Positions 46,693-55,581 are shown, counted from the stretch's first letter. The stretch: 64,000 nt of DNA from Candidatus Krumholzibacteriia bacterium (GCA_036351155.1 JAZBOO010000280.1:6147-70146); one strand, 5' to 3'. Notes: generated by a model from the sequence alone, not told the origin. A program made the numbers and translations.

Positions 46693-49347
46693 GTGACACA
46701 CGTCCTGACCATTCTGCTGACCGCTGGGCCAACCCTGACCGGGTTCTGGGCCGTGATGTCGGTATCGTGGTGGACGACACTGATTCTCATGGCCGCCAGC
46801 GGGGTGGGGGTCTGGGTGGGGCAGATGGGGCGCCGGCAATATCTGCGCCGCCGTCTCAGTGCCCAGGCGGAGCGCCAGGCGCGGCAAGAAAAAACCGCGC
46901 AGCTGAACCGCCGATGCCGGGTTCTGGAAAAAATTCTGGCGGTGTCCACGCGCCTCAGCCGGATTCGCAATCCCCAGGAATTGCAAACCCGGATTGTGGA
47001 AGCCGTGGCGGAGATCGGGGGATTCAACCGGGTGGTCCTGTACCTGTGGTCCGACAGCACGGGAGCCTTCGAAGCCCGCAGTTTTGCGGGAATGGACGCC
47101 GAACAGCAGAAGCAGGTGGGCGGGCACCAGGTGTCCCGGGTCGAGTATGCCGCGCGGTGCAACGTGCGCTTCCGTTTTTCGAACAGCTTCCTGGTCCACG
47201 ATGGTCCCGTTCAAGAAGGACCGGCGCGAGAACGCACCCCCGGTGACCCGGTGACCGGAGGCGGATCAGGCAAGGTCTGGCGCGCCGGACAAGTTCTGGT
47301 GGCCCCGTTGCTGAGTTCCGATGGTGAGGAGATCGGGTACCTGGATCTGGACGAACCCGTCCACGGTGAGGTGCCGGATGTGGTGGACCTGCGACAGCTG
47401 GAGTTCCTGTTCCAGCATGCGGCGGCCAGCCTGGAGTCGGCCGGCATTCATCACACCTTGGCCCGCAGCAACGCCGAGCTGCAGGTGGCCTCCGAGAAGC
47501 TGAACAGCCTGAACGACATGAAGAATAACTTCGTGGCGAATGTCAGTCACGAGTTGCGCACGCCGCTGACCTCGATCTCGGCCTACGCCGAGATGTTGCA
47601 GCAGAACATGGGCACCATGAGCGAAGAGGTGCGGAGCGAGTTCCTGAGGGTGATCCACAACGAGAGCCTGAAGCTGACCGACGTGATCAACGACCTGCTG
47701 GAACTGGGCAACATGGAAAACGGGCGGGTCCAGTCGCCGTCCATGACGGTGGACCTGACGGCCATGGTGACGCGTCTGGTGGATTCCTGGCGATCGCGCG
47801 CCCAGGAAAAGGGAATTGCCCTGAAACTGGAGTGTGATATTCCCGCGCTATCCATGCCTGCCGACGGATTGCTGATGCAGCAGATGCTGACCCACCTGCT
47901 GAGCAACGCCTTCAAGTTTTCCGCGAAGGGCGGACTGGTGCGGGTGACTCTGGCGGAAACGGGGACGGCGGTGCGATTGTCGGTCGAGGACCGCGGCATC
48001 GGCATTCCCGAGGAGAAGCTGGGACGTATTTTCGACCCGTTCTACCAGGTGGACGGCTCGGCCACGCGACAGCACAACGGACAAGGCGTGGGGCTGGCCA
48101 TCTGTCGGGATATCGTCAATCACCACGACGGGCGCATCTGGGCGGAAAATCTCCAGCCCAGGGGGGCCCGGTTCACGGTGCTGCTCCCGCGGCGTTCTCC
48201 GGTCTTGCAGCCCGTGGCCACCGATCCCATCAGCGGATCTCCTTTCCAGCCGGGCGAGTTCATGCAGCGGGTCATGCACTGGGTCGGGGAAAGCCTGGGG
48301 GTCCAGACGGCCACCCTGATGATGCCCGACTCGGACCATGAGTACCTGGCCATCCGGGCGGCGGTGGGCTTGCCGGAGTCGGTGGTCCAGAGTGCCCGGG
48401 TGCGACGGGGATCCGGGTTTGCCGGCCGGGTCTGGGAAAGCGGACAAACCCTCCTGGTGGATGACGTGGCTGCCGAGGGCCTGCCTGGGCGCGACCAGAG
48501 TGAACCCCGCTATTCCACGTCGAGCCTTCTGTGTGTCCCCTTGAAGAACAAGGACGAGTGCCTGGGGGTGGTGGCGGTCAACAACCGCTTCGACGGCAAG
48601 CCGCTGGACGCCGATGATCGCCTCCTGCTGGAAAGCCTGGCTCCCAGACTGGCCGAACTTTTACGGCGTCATGCCCACTGGCAGGCCGATTCTCATCATT
48701 TCGCCCAGATCCGGGATACCCTGCGGACCATCACGGGCATTGGCCACCTGCGCCAGGAAAGCCTCCTGGAAACCTGCCAGGAGATCTGCCTGGCCAGCGC
48801 GCGGGCGATCAACATGCCGGATGAAGATCTGCGGCACCTGGCCTTTGCCCTGCAGTTCTATGATGTGGGGCTGGGCTATGTCCCGCGGGAGCTGCTGAAC
48901 AAGCCCGGCCCCCTGGACGATGACGAGCAGCGCACGGTACGCCAGCACGTCAAGACGGGTCTGGTGGTCCTGGAGCCTCTGGCCGCGCCGTCCAAGATTC
49001 GCCAGTTGATCCTGCACCACCACGAGAACGTGGATGGGTCGGGTTATCCCGAAGGTCTGGCCGGGGAGTCCATTCCTCTGGGTTCTCGACTGTTGCGGCT
49101 GACCGACACCCTGGCGGCCCTGCTCAGCACCCGACCCTGGCGGCCGGCGCGCAGTCTGGATGAGGCTCTGGAGGAGATCCGCTGGGGCATCGGGACTCAT
49201 TATTGTCCGCGAATGGCCGAGATCTTCTTGCGGGAAGCTGAATTGCGCCGACCGCGGATAGTGGAGCAACAGGAACGCGGCATGGACCACGCCGTTTTCA
49301 AGCGGCCCGTTCTGGATCCCGCGCAGATGGCTCCCCTCAACAGTTGA
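46693..49347 (+). CDS. Membrane-anchored histidine kinase with GAF, HisKA/HATPase, second GAF and a divergent HD-GYP-like domain (Y-D instead of H-D)
   Basis: N-terminal TM helices. NVSHELRTPLTSI, NAFKFS, GQGVGLAICRDI. C-terminus FYDVGLGY ... HHHENVDGSGYP aligns to the HD-GYP of the 44024 protein with His replaced by Tyr. Confidence 0.82.
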   Translation: MTHVLTILLTAGPTLTGFWAVMSVSWWTTLILMAASGVGVWVGQMGRRQYLRRRLSAQAERQARQEKTAQLNRRCRVLEKILAVSTRLSRIRNPQELQTRIVEAVAEIGGFNRVVLYLWSDSTGAFEARSFAGMDAEQQKQVGGHQVSRVEYAARCNVRFRFSNSFLVHDGPVQEGPARERTPGDPVTGGGSGKVWRAGQVLVAPLLSSDGEEIGYLDLDEPVHGEVPDVVDLRQLEFLFQHAAASLESAGIHHTLARSNAELQVASEKLNSLNDMKNNFVANVSHELRTPLTSISAYAEMLQQNMGTMSEEVRSEFLRVIHNESLKLTDVINDLLELGNMENGRVQSPSMTVDLTAMVTRLVDSWRSRAQEKGIALKLECDIPALSMPADGLLMQQMLTHLLSNAFKFSAKGGLVRVTLAETGTAVRLSVEDRGIGIPEEKLGRIFDPFYQVDGSATRQHNGQGVGLAICRDIVNHHDGRIWAENLQPRGARFTVLLPRRSPVLQPVATDPISGSPFQPGEFMQRVMHWVGESLGVQTATLMMPDSDHEYLAIRAAVGLPESVVQSARVRRGSGFAGRVWESGQTLLVDDVAAEGLPGRDQSEPRYSTSSLLCVPLKNKDECLGVVAVNNRFDGKPLDADDRLLLESLAPRLAELLRRHAHWQADSHHFAQIRDTLRTITGIGHLRQESLLETCQEICLASARAINMPDEDLRHLAFALQFYDVGLGYVPRELLNKPGPLDDDEQRTVRQHVKTGLVVLEPLAAPSKIRQLILHHHENVDGSGYPEGLAGESIPLGSRLLRLTDTLAALLSTRPWRPARSLDEALEEIRWGIGTHYCPRMAEIFLREAELRRPRIVEQQERGMDHAVFKRPVLDPAQMAPLNS

Positions 49348-49432
49348 CCAGTTGAGACTCAACCTGGTGCCGGAGATGCCGATCACCGGGGACAGGAAAC
49401 GCCCCATTCGCCCATAGACCGGAGGAACGGCC

Positions 49433-49804
49433 TTGTTCAAAGTCCTGATCGCCGATGACGAGCACAACATTCGCAACATCCTGGATTTCAGCCTGCATGC
49501 CGAAGGTTTCGATGTCATCGCCGTGCACAGCGGGGAGGAGGCCTTCGCGCGGGCGGTGGAAGAGATCCCGAGCCTGATCATTCTGGACGTCATGATGCCC
49601 GGCCAGGGGGGCATGGAAACCTGCAAGCAATTGAAGCAGGACCAGCGGACCGCCGGCATTCCCGTGATTCTCCTGACGGCGCGCAGCAGCAAGCAGGATC
49701 GTGAGGAAGGGATGGCCTGTGGCGCCGATCAGTACATCACCAAGCCCTTCAGCCCTCAGAAAGTGATCGGGGCGGTCCAGGAACTTCTGGGTGCCATGTC
49801 CTGA
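49433..49804 (+). CDS. Single-domain response regulator (CheY-like)
   Basis: GGAGGAA lies 6 nt upstream of TTG 49433. VLIADDE, LDVMMP, TAR, KPF. Confidence 0.85.
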   Translation: MFKVLIADDEHNIRNILDFSLHAEGFDVIAVHSGEEAFARAVEEIPSLIILDVMMPGQGGMETCKQLKQDQRTAGIPVILLTARSSKQDREEGMACGADQYITKPFSPQKVIGAVQELLGAMS

Positions 49805-49818
49805 CCGGATTTTTCTCG

Positions 49819-49849
49819 GCCCCTGCCAGCTGGCGGGGGCTTTTTTTTT
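49819..49849 (+). terminator. Rho-independent terminator GCCCCTGCC-agct-GGCGGGGGC followed by T9
   Basis: GC-rich stem with one G-U wobble and nine consecutive T, 15 nt after the receiver gene stop. Confidence 0.85.
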
Positions 49850-49916
49850 GGTGGTTGGACTGCGGCCAGCCGGCAGGGTAATTTGGGGGCACCCCAACCA
49901 AGGCGGAGCCGACCCC

Positions 49917-51923
49917 GTGGACTTTCTGGTCAACATCATCTTGCCCGTTCCCCTCTTGCAGGACTTTTCCTACCGTTGTGTTGTGGACGAGGAAGCGCAA
50001 GAGACGGCCCCGGAAGCCGGCGATCTGGTGGCGGTTCCCTTCGGCCGCCGCAAGAAGGTCATCGGCCTGGTGGTGGCGGTGAAACCGCTGGCCGCCGAGG
50101 TGACCAAGGTGGACGGTTTCACCCTGAAAAACGTGGCCCATCGCTATGGACCGGAATATCGGATCACCGGAGAGCGCCGCCGCCTTCTGGACTGGATGGC
50201 GGCCTACTATGCCTTGCCCGCCGGAGAGGTGGTGCCCCTGTTCCATCCTCCTGGTCCCGGGACCCGATCCAGAGGCAAGGCCGCCACCGAGGAGTTCCCC
50301 ACCGGCGATAACCAGAAGATCGTGCTGACCCCCGCCCAGAACCGTGCTGTGGCCATGGCCGCCGAGCACCTTGAGGCCGATCGCTTCGGAGTGATGTTGC
50401 TGCATGGCGTGACGGGCAGCGGCAAGACCGAGGTCTACCTGACGGTCATCGAACAGGCCCTGGCCGCGGGGAAAGGGGCCATTTTTCTGCTCCCGGAAAT
50501 TGCCCTGACGCCCCAGATGCTGGCCCGGGTCACCGCGCGCTTCGGCAGTCGAGTGGCCGCCCTTCATTCCGGTCTGGCCGCCGGCCAGAGGTGCCAGGTG
50601 CACGAGAAGGCCGCGCGGGGGGAAATCGAGGTGGTGGTGGGTCCGCGATCTGCCCTGTTTGCGCCGGTGCAGAACCTGGGTGTGATCGTGGTGGACGAGG
50701 AACACGAGGGGTCCTACAAGCAGGATGAAAAACCGCGCTACCACGCCCGTCACGCCGCGCTGGTGCGGGGCCGGGAAAACGGGGCGGTGGTCATTCTGGG
50801 CTCGGCCACACCCGATCTCGAAAGCATGGACAATGCTCGCCGCGGGCGCTATCAGCTGCTGGAGCTGCCCGACCGCATGGGCGGACACCTCCCTGTGGTG
50901 GAGCTGGTGGACATGCGGGGACCGCAGGCCATGGCAGGATTCTCTCCCCACCTGGTGGAGGCCATCGGTGAAACTCTGGATCAGAAGCGTCAGGTCATCC
51001 TGTACTACAACCGTCGGGGCTTTGCGCGCGTGATGCAATGCCGGGACTGCGGCGAGGTGGTCATGTGCCCCAACTGCGATATCGGGCTCACCTATCACCT
51101 GCGTCCCCGCCGCCTGCTGTGTCACTACTGCGACCACACGCGCGAGGTATGCGACACCTGTCCCGCCTGTGGATCCGAGAACTTCCTGCCCCAGGGGGGC
51201 GGCACCGAGAAGGTGGAGCTCAATCTGGAAGCCCATTTTCCGGAGGCGCGGCTGCTTCGGCTGGACCGCGACACGACCTCCCGCCGCGGCAGCCATCACC
51301 GCATCCTGGCCAGCTTTGCCCGCCGGGAAGCCGATATCCTGGTGGGCACCCAGATGGTGGCCAAGGGGCACCACTTCCCCGGGGTGGGTCTGGTGGGGGT
51401 GCTGGCGGCTGATGATGGTCTGGGCCTGCCCGATTTCCGCGCCGCCGAACGCACCTTCCAGCTGTTGACCCAGGTGGCCGGCCGCAGCGGGCGCACCGAG
51501 AAGGGCCGGGTGGTGTTTCAGACCTATCGCCCGGACGATCCGGTGATTTCGGCGGCCAGCTGCCACGACTATCATCAGTTCGAGGAGCAGGAGCTGCCCC
51601 AGCGGCAGGCCCTGGGCTATCCTCCCGGCCGGCGCCTGGTGCGGGTGGCCGTCAGCGGTCGCCTGTTGAAGCGCGCCGAGGAAGTGTCCGGCCAGCTGGG
51701 CGACGTCTTGCGTACCAACCTGGCCGGGCCCGAGATCACCGTCCTGGGCCCCGCCCCGGCCGTCTTTCCCCGCCTTCATGATCGCTACCGATTTCAGATC
51801 CTGATCAAGGGCACTCTGGGCCTGGAGGCCAAGGCCTGGCTGGCTCAAACCCTCGAGGCCTTGCGGCAGCAGTTCCGGGACATCGATGTGTTCCACGACG
51901 TCGATCCCACGTCGGTTTTTTAG
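49917..51923 (+). CDS. priA: Primosomal protein N' (PriA helicase)
   Basis: N-terminal 3'-DNA-binding region, Walker A GVTGSGKTEVY, DEEHEGSYKQ (DEAH), Cys-rich Zn module CPNCD...CHYCDH...CPACG. GTG 49917 is chosen because the ORF-track start at 49791 would contain the upstream terminator. Confidence 0.88.
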   Translation: MDFLVNIILPVPLLQDFSYRCVVDEEAQETAPEAGDLVAVPFGRRKKVIGLVVAVKPLAAEVTKVDGFTLKNVAHRYGPEYRITGERRRLLDWMAAYYALPAGEVVPLFHPPGPGTRSRGKAATEEFPTGDNQKIVLTPAQNRAVAMAAEHLEADRFGVMLLHGVTGSGKTEVYLTVIEQALAAGKGAIFLLPEIALTPQMLARVTARFGSRVAALHSGLAAGQRCQVHEKAARGEIEVVVGPRSALFAPVQNLGVIVVDEEHEGSYKQDEKPRYHARHAALVRGRENGAVVILGSATPDLESMDNARRGRYQLLELPDRMGGHLPVVELVDMRGPQAMAGFSPHLVEAIGETLDQKRQVILYYNRRGFARVMQCRDCGEVVMCPNCDIGLTYHLRPRRLLCHYCDHTREVCDTCPACGSENFLPQGGGTEKVELNLEAHFPEARLLRLDRDTTSRRGSHHRILASFARREADILVGTQMVAKGHHFPGVGLVGVLAADDGLGLPDFRAAERTFQLLTQVAGRSGRTEKGRVVFQTYRPDDPVISAASCHDYHQFEEQELPQRQALGYPPGRRLVRVAVSGRLLKRAEEVSGQLGDVLRTNLAGPEITVLGPAPAVFPRLHDRYRFQILIKGTLGLEAKAWLAQTLEALRQQFRDIDVFHDVDPTSVF

Positions 51924-51963
51924 GCTCTGTTCAACGTTCAAAAACTATCACAAAACTGAACAA

Positions 51964-51992
51964 TTGTGCCAGCCGGAGCCCTTTGGTATACT
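51964..51992 (+). promoter_or_regulatory. Near-consensus sigma70-type promoter TTGTGC-17 bp-TATACT upstream of the cysteine protease gene
   Basis: Hexamers and 17-bp spacer read directly. The ATG at 52056 is preceded by GAAAGG. Confidence 0.5.
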
Positions 51993-52055
51993 TTATTCAT
52001 CAATACCCCCGAATACGAAATCATCGGGATTAATGCACTGTCTGAAAGGTTTGCC

Positions 52056-55000
52056 ATGCGCAAGTCCTGCATCTTGCTGGGAATCTGTCTGTTTCTCGGG
52101 CTGGCGTCCGGAGCTGTCGCCGCCGATCAACTGGATATCGAGGCCATTCGTCAGGACATCGAGCGCTACGGCTGGTCCTTCGAAGTGGACGATGCCTTCT
52201 CGCGCAGTCTGACCCCGGAGCAGCGGCAGAACCTGCGCGGTTACCGCCCCCCGGAGGACTACCAGAAGATTCTGGACGAGAACTTGAAGATCTTTCCGGT
52301 GGACAAGGATCTGCCCTCGAGTCTGGACTGGCGGGATGTGAACGGCGTGACCTCGGTCAAGAACCAGGGGGACTGCGGAAGTTGCTGGGCCTTCGCGGCC
52401 ACCGCCGAGCTGGAATCGTTCATCAAGATCTACTACGGCGAAGACACCAACCTGTCCGAGCAGCAGGTGGTTTCCTGCAATCCCTACGGGGCCGATTGCG
52501 ATGGGGGCTGGGCCAACGCGGCTTACTTCGTGTTCCGCCAGTATGGGGCCGCCCAGGAAAACTGCATTCCCTACCTGGGCATGAGCCCGCCCGCTGCTCC
52601 GTGCGAGCAGGATGATTTCAAGAAGTACGGCTTCATCACCGGGTGGCATTCCATTTCCAACAACGTGCAGCAGATCAAGGAAGCCCTTCAGGACGGTCCG
52701 GTGTGCACGGCCATTGACGCCAGCGATGAGTTCGAGGCCTACGAGAGTGGCTGCTACGATGTGCCCGGCGGCTGGACCAATCACCTGGTGCTCATCGTGG
52801 GTTACGACGATCGTGCCTGCGGGAACAACGGGGCCTGGATCATCAAGAACAGCTGGGGTTACGACTTCGGCGATGGCGGGTACATCTACGTCCAGTACGG
52901 AGCCGGATCCACGGGACAGAGCGTGACCCAGCTGGAGTATACCCCCCCTCCGACTTCCATTTCCATCCACACCGGGGTCACCGAAGAGCCCATCTATGCC
53001 GACGAGACTGCTCTGATCGAGTGGGGCACCTCGGGGGCCGCCGCACCCCTGGTGGACATCTACTTCGGCAACGAGGGCCACTGTCACCCGGTGCTGGTGG
53101 CGGAGAATTTGCCCAACACCGGCAGCTACAACTGGACGGTGCCCAACCTGGGGACCAACTACGGCAGCCTGGTGGTCTATCCCAGCAGCGGCACCGAGGA
53201 CGGCTTCGGGATCACCGAGGAATACATCCGGGTGGTCGGTCACAAGACCCGTTACGTCTCGCCCAGCGGCAGTAACACCGCGCCTTTCGAATCTCCCGAA
53301 ACGGCGGCCCACAGCATCAGTGATGCCGTGGTGGCCTGCACCGGGACCGACAGCGTGCTGGTGGCAGGCGGCCACTATCTCGGCACGGTGACCGTCGGAA
53401 CCACGGTGCGACTGCTCGGTGGCTACAGCCAGGATTTCAGCGTCCGCGACCCGGAGACCTACCCCACCGTGATCCAGAGCGGCAACACCGGAATGCGTTT
53501 CCTGGAAGGCTCCGGGGACTTCGGGATGGCCGACGGATTCGTGTTCCGCGATTGCACCGGCAGTCCCGGCAGCGTGCCGGAATCAGGGAGTCATGGCGGC
53601 GGCATCTTTGTGCGCAACGCCTCGCCCCTGATTCTCAACTGTGTGTTCGAAGAAAATCTGGCCTCGGCCAGTTCAGGGACGGGCTTCGGTGGCGGTATCT
53701 GCGTGGTGGGCGGCCAGCCCGAGATCAGGGATTGCGTTTTCCGCGACAACGTGGGCAGCCAGGGTGGCGCGGTCGGTATTTTCGATGGGGCCCACGCGAC
53801 CCTGATCGATTGTCAAATTCTGGGCAATGCCTGCCGGGACAGCTCCAGCGCCAACACCGGCGCCGGCCTGTTCGTCAGAAATGCCGCCGTGACTCTCCAG
53901 GGCGGCGCCATCGGTGGCAATGGCGGGGGAGCGGGTGCGGGCATGCACCTCCTGGGTTCCCAGGCGGACCTCAGCCGAGTGGACATCCGGAACAACCGGG
54001 CCCAGGTCGATGGGGGCGGTATTCTGGCCGTGGACTCCACACTGGATCTGGCCAATGTGAAGCTGACCGGTAACGTGTCGAACACCGGCAGTGGTGGTGG
54101 ACTGTCCGGTCAGGGAACCTCTCTCACCCTGCGCAACGTGCAGATCACCGACAACCGCAGTGCCATCCTGGGTGGTGGCATGTTCGCCAGCGGGGCCACC
54201 GGACTGGTGGAGAATTGCCTGGCCAGCGGCAACACCGCGGGCAATACGGGGGGCCTGATGGCCCTGGCTTCCGGGCCCATGACCGTGCGCAACAATATCG
54301 TCAGCGAGAATTTTGGCGGCGGCCTCACCGTGATCGGTTCGGAGGTCACCGTCGGCTCGAACAACGTGTGGCAGAACGAAGGCGGCGACTACGTGTCCAT
54401 GGCCGTACCGGCGGCTGATTTTTCCGCCGATCCTCTGTTCCTGAATGCGGCGGCGGGCGATTACGGTCTGGCGCAGTATTCTCCGTGTGTGGACCGTGGC
54501 GAGATGGCCGCGGATTGCCTGGACCCGGACGGCTCCCGAGCGGACGTGGGTCTGCTGGGTGGCCCGGGCGCGGACTTCGTGGCCCCTGATCATGTGACCG
54601 GGGCGGCACTCGAGGATCTGGGCGGCGGAACCTGGCGCCTGACCTGGAACGCCCTGGGGGCCGACAACATCAGCCACTACGTGGTTTACCGGGACACCTC
54701 CGAGGTGTTCGAGCCCTCGCCCAGCAAGGCCCTGGCCACCATCGACCACCCGGGAACGGTGTTCGAGGATTCCCCGGGTATGGAGTGCTACTATCTGGTG
54801 GCGGCCATCGATGAGACGGGGTACAGCGGCGGATATTCCGCGCAGGTGAGCACAGCCGGAAGCATCAGTGCGGCCGGCGACAGCGATTTGCCCCGAAGCC
54901 TGGCCATCGCCAAGGTGGTGCCCAACCCCTTCAATCCCCGGACCACCCTGAGCTACGATGTGCCCCGGACCGGGCGCGTGGAACTGGCGGTTTACGACAT

Positions 55001-55172
55001 CAAGGGGCGGCTGGTGAAACGGCTGGTTTCGGGGACGGTCCAGGCGGGTCGGCACACCGTGAGCTGGAGCGGGCAGGACAGTCATGGCCATTCGGTGGCC
55101 GCCGGCGTGTACTTTGCCCGGATGAGTGATGGGCACTCGGCCACGACGACGAAGATGGTGCTGACCAAGTAG
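52056..55172 (+). CDS. Secreted papain-family (C1A) cysteine protease with parallel beta-helix repeats and a C-terminal T9SS/FlgD-Ig-like sorting domain
   Basis: Signal peptide MRKSCILLGICLFLGLASGAVAAD. QGDCGSCWAFA (catalytic Cys), GWTNHLVLIVGY (His), NSWG (Asn). Long G/N/S/T-rich repeats in the middle. C-terminus VVPNPFNPRTTLSYDVPRTGRVELAVYDIKGRLV...GVYFARMSDG. Confidence 0.85.
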   Translation: MRKSCILLGICLFLGLASGAVAADQLDIEAIRQDIERYGWSFEVDDAFSRSLTPEQRQNLRGYRPPEDYQKILDENLKIFPVDKDLPSSLDWRDVNGVTSVKNQGDCGSCWAFAATAELESFIKIYYGEDTNLSEQQVVSCNPYGADCDGGWANAAYFVFRQYGAAQENCIPYLGMSPPAAPCEQDDFKKYGFITGWHSISNNVQQIKEALQDGPVCTAIDASDEFEAYESGCYDVPGGWTNHLVLIVGYDDRACGNNGAWIIKNSWGYDFGDGGYIYVQYGAGSTGQSVTQLEYTPPPTSISIHTGVTEEPIYADETALIEWGTSGAAAPLVDIYFGNEGHCHPVLVAENLPNTGSYNWTVPNLGTNYGSLVVYPSSGTEDGFGITEEYIRVVGHKTRYVSPSGSNTAPFESPETAAHSISDAVVACTGTDSVLVAGGHYLGTVTVGTTVRLLGGYSQDFSVRDPETYPTVIQSGNTGMRFLEGSGDFGMADGFVFRDCTGSPGSVPESGSHGGGIFVRNASPLILNCVFEENLASASSGTGFGGGICVVGGQPEIRDCVFRDNVGSQGGAVGIFDGAHATLIDCQILGNACRDSSSANTGAGLFVRNAAVTLQGGAIGGNGGGAGAGMHLLGSQADLSRVDIRNNRAQVDGGGILAVDSTLDLANVKLTGNVSNTGSGGGLSGQGTSLTLRNVQITDNRSAILGGGMFASGATGLVENCLASGNTAGNTGGLMALASGPMTVRNNIVSENFGGGLTVIGSEVTVGSNNVWQNEGGDYVSMAVPAADFSADPLFLNAAAGDYGLAQYSPCVDRGEMAADCLDPDGSRADVGLLGGPGADFVAPDHVTGAALEDLGGGTWRLTWNALGADNISHYVVYRDTSEVFEPSPSKALATIDHPGTVFEDSPGMECYYLVAAIDETGYSGGYSAQVSTAGSISAAGDSDLPRSLAIAKVVPNPFNPRTTLSYDVPRTGRVELAVYDIKGRLVKRLVSGTVQAGRHTVSWSGQDSHGHSVAAGVYFARMSDGHSATTTKMVLTK

Positions 55173-55196
55173 ATCATTCACCAGGCGCGTCGAGAC

Positions 55197-55235
55197 AAAA
55201 AAGGCCCCGGGCTTGCACCCGGGGCCACTTTTTTT
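55197..55235. terminator. Bidirectional intrinsic terminator AAAAAA-GGCCCCGGG-cttgca-CCCGGGGCC-TTTTTTT between convergent genes
   Basis: Perfect 9-bp GC stem flanked by an A6 tract and a T7 tract, giving U-tails in both orientations. Confidence 0.85.
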
Positions 55236-55581
55236 ACTCCGACCACACGGCCAGCTCATTGCCGCCGGGCTCGCTGAAGTGGAAACGCTTGCCCCCGGGA
55301 AACTCGTAGGTCTCCTTCACAATGGTCCCCCCGGCAGCTTTCACCTTGGCCACCACGGAATCCAGATCCGGAGCGTAAAAAACCACCAGAGGGCCGCCGC
55401 TTGCCGCCTTGTCGCCCTGGGCGAAACCACCGCGCATGGCGGCGTCCTTGAAGCTGGCGTACTCCGGTCCAAAGTCCTTGAACTCATAGCCGAAAACCTC
55501 CTGGAAGAAGGCCTTGCTACCGTTCAGATCGGTGGTGGTGAATTCGATGTAATCGATGGCGTTGGGATGGCTCATGTTCAA
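55234..55581 (-). CDS. VOC-family (glyoxalase / bleomycin-resistance-like) protein
   Basis: IDYIEFTTTDL...FFQEVFGYEF...GGPLVVFYAPDLD...FHFSEPGGNELAVWS pattern of the betaalphabetabetabeta VOC fold. Confidence 0.65.
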   Translation of the reverse strand: MNMSHPNAIDYIEFTTTDLNGSKAFFQEVFGYEFKDFGPEYASFKDAAMRGGFAQGDKAASGGPLVVFYAPDLDSVVAKVKAAGGTIVKETYEFPGGKRFHFSEPGGNELAVWSE

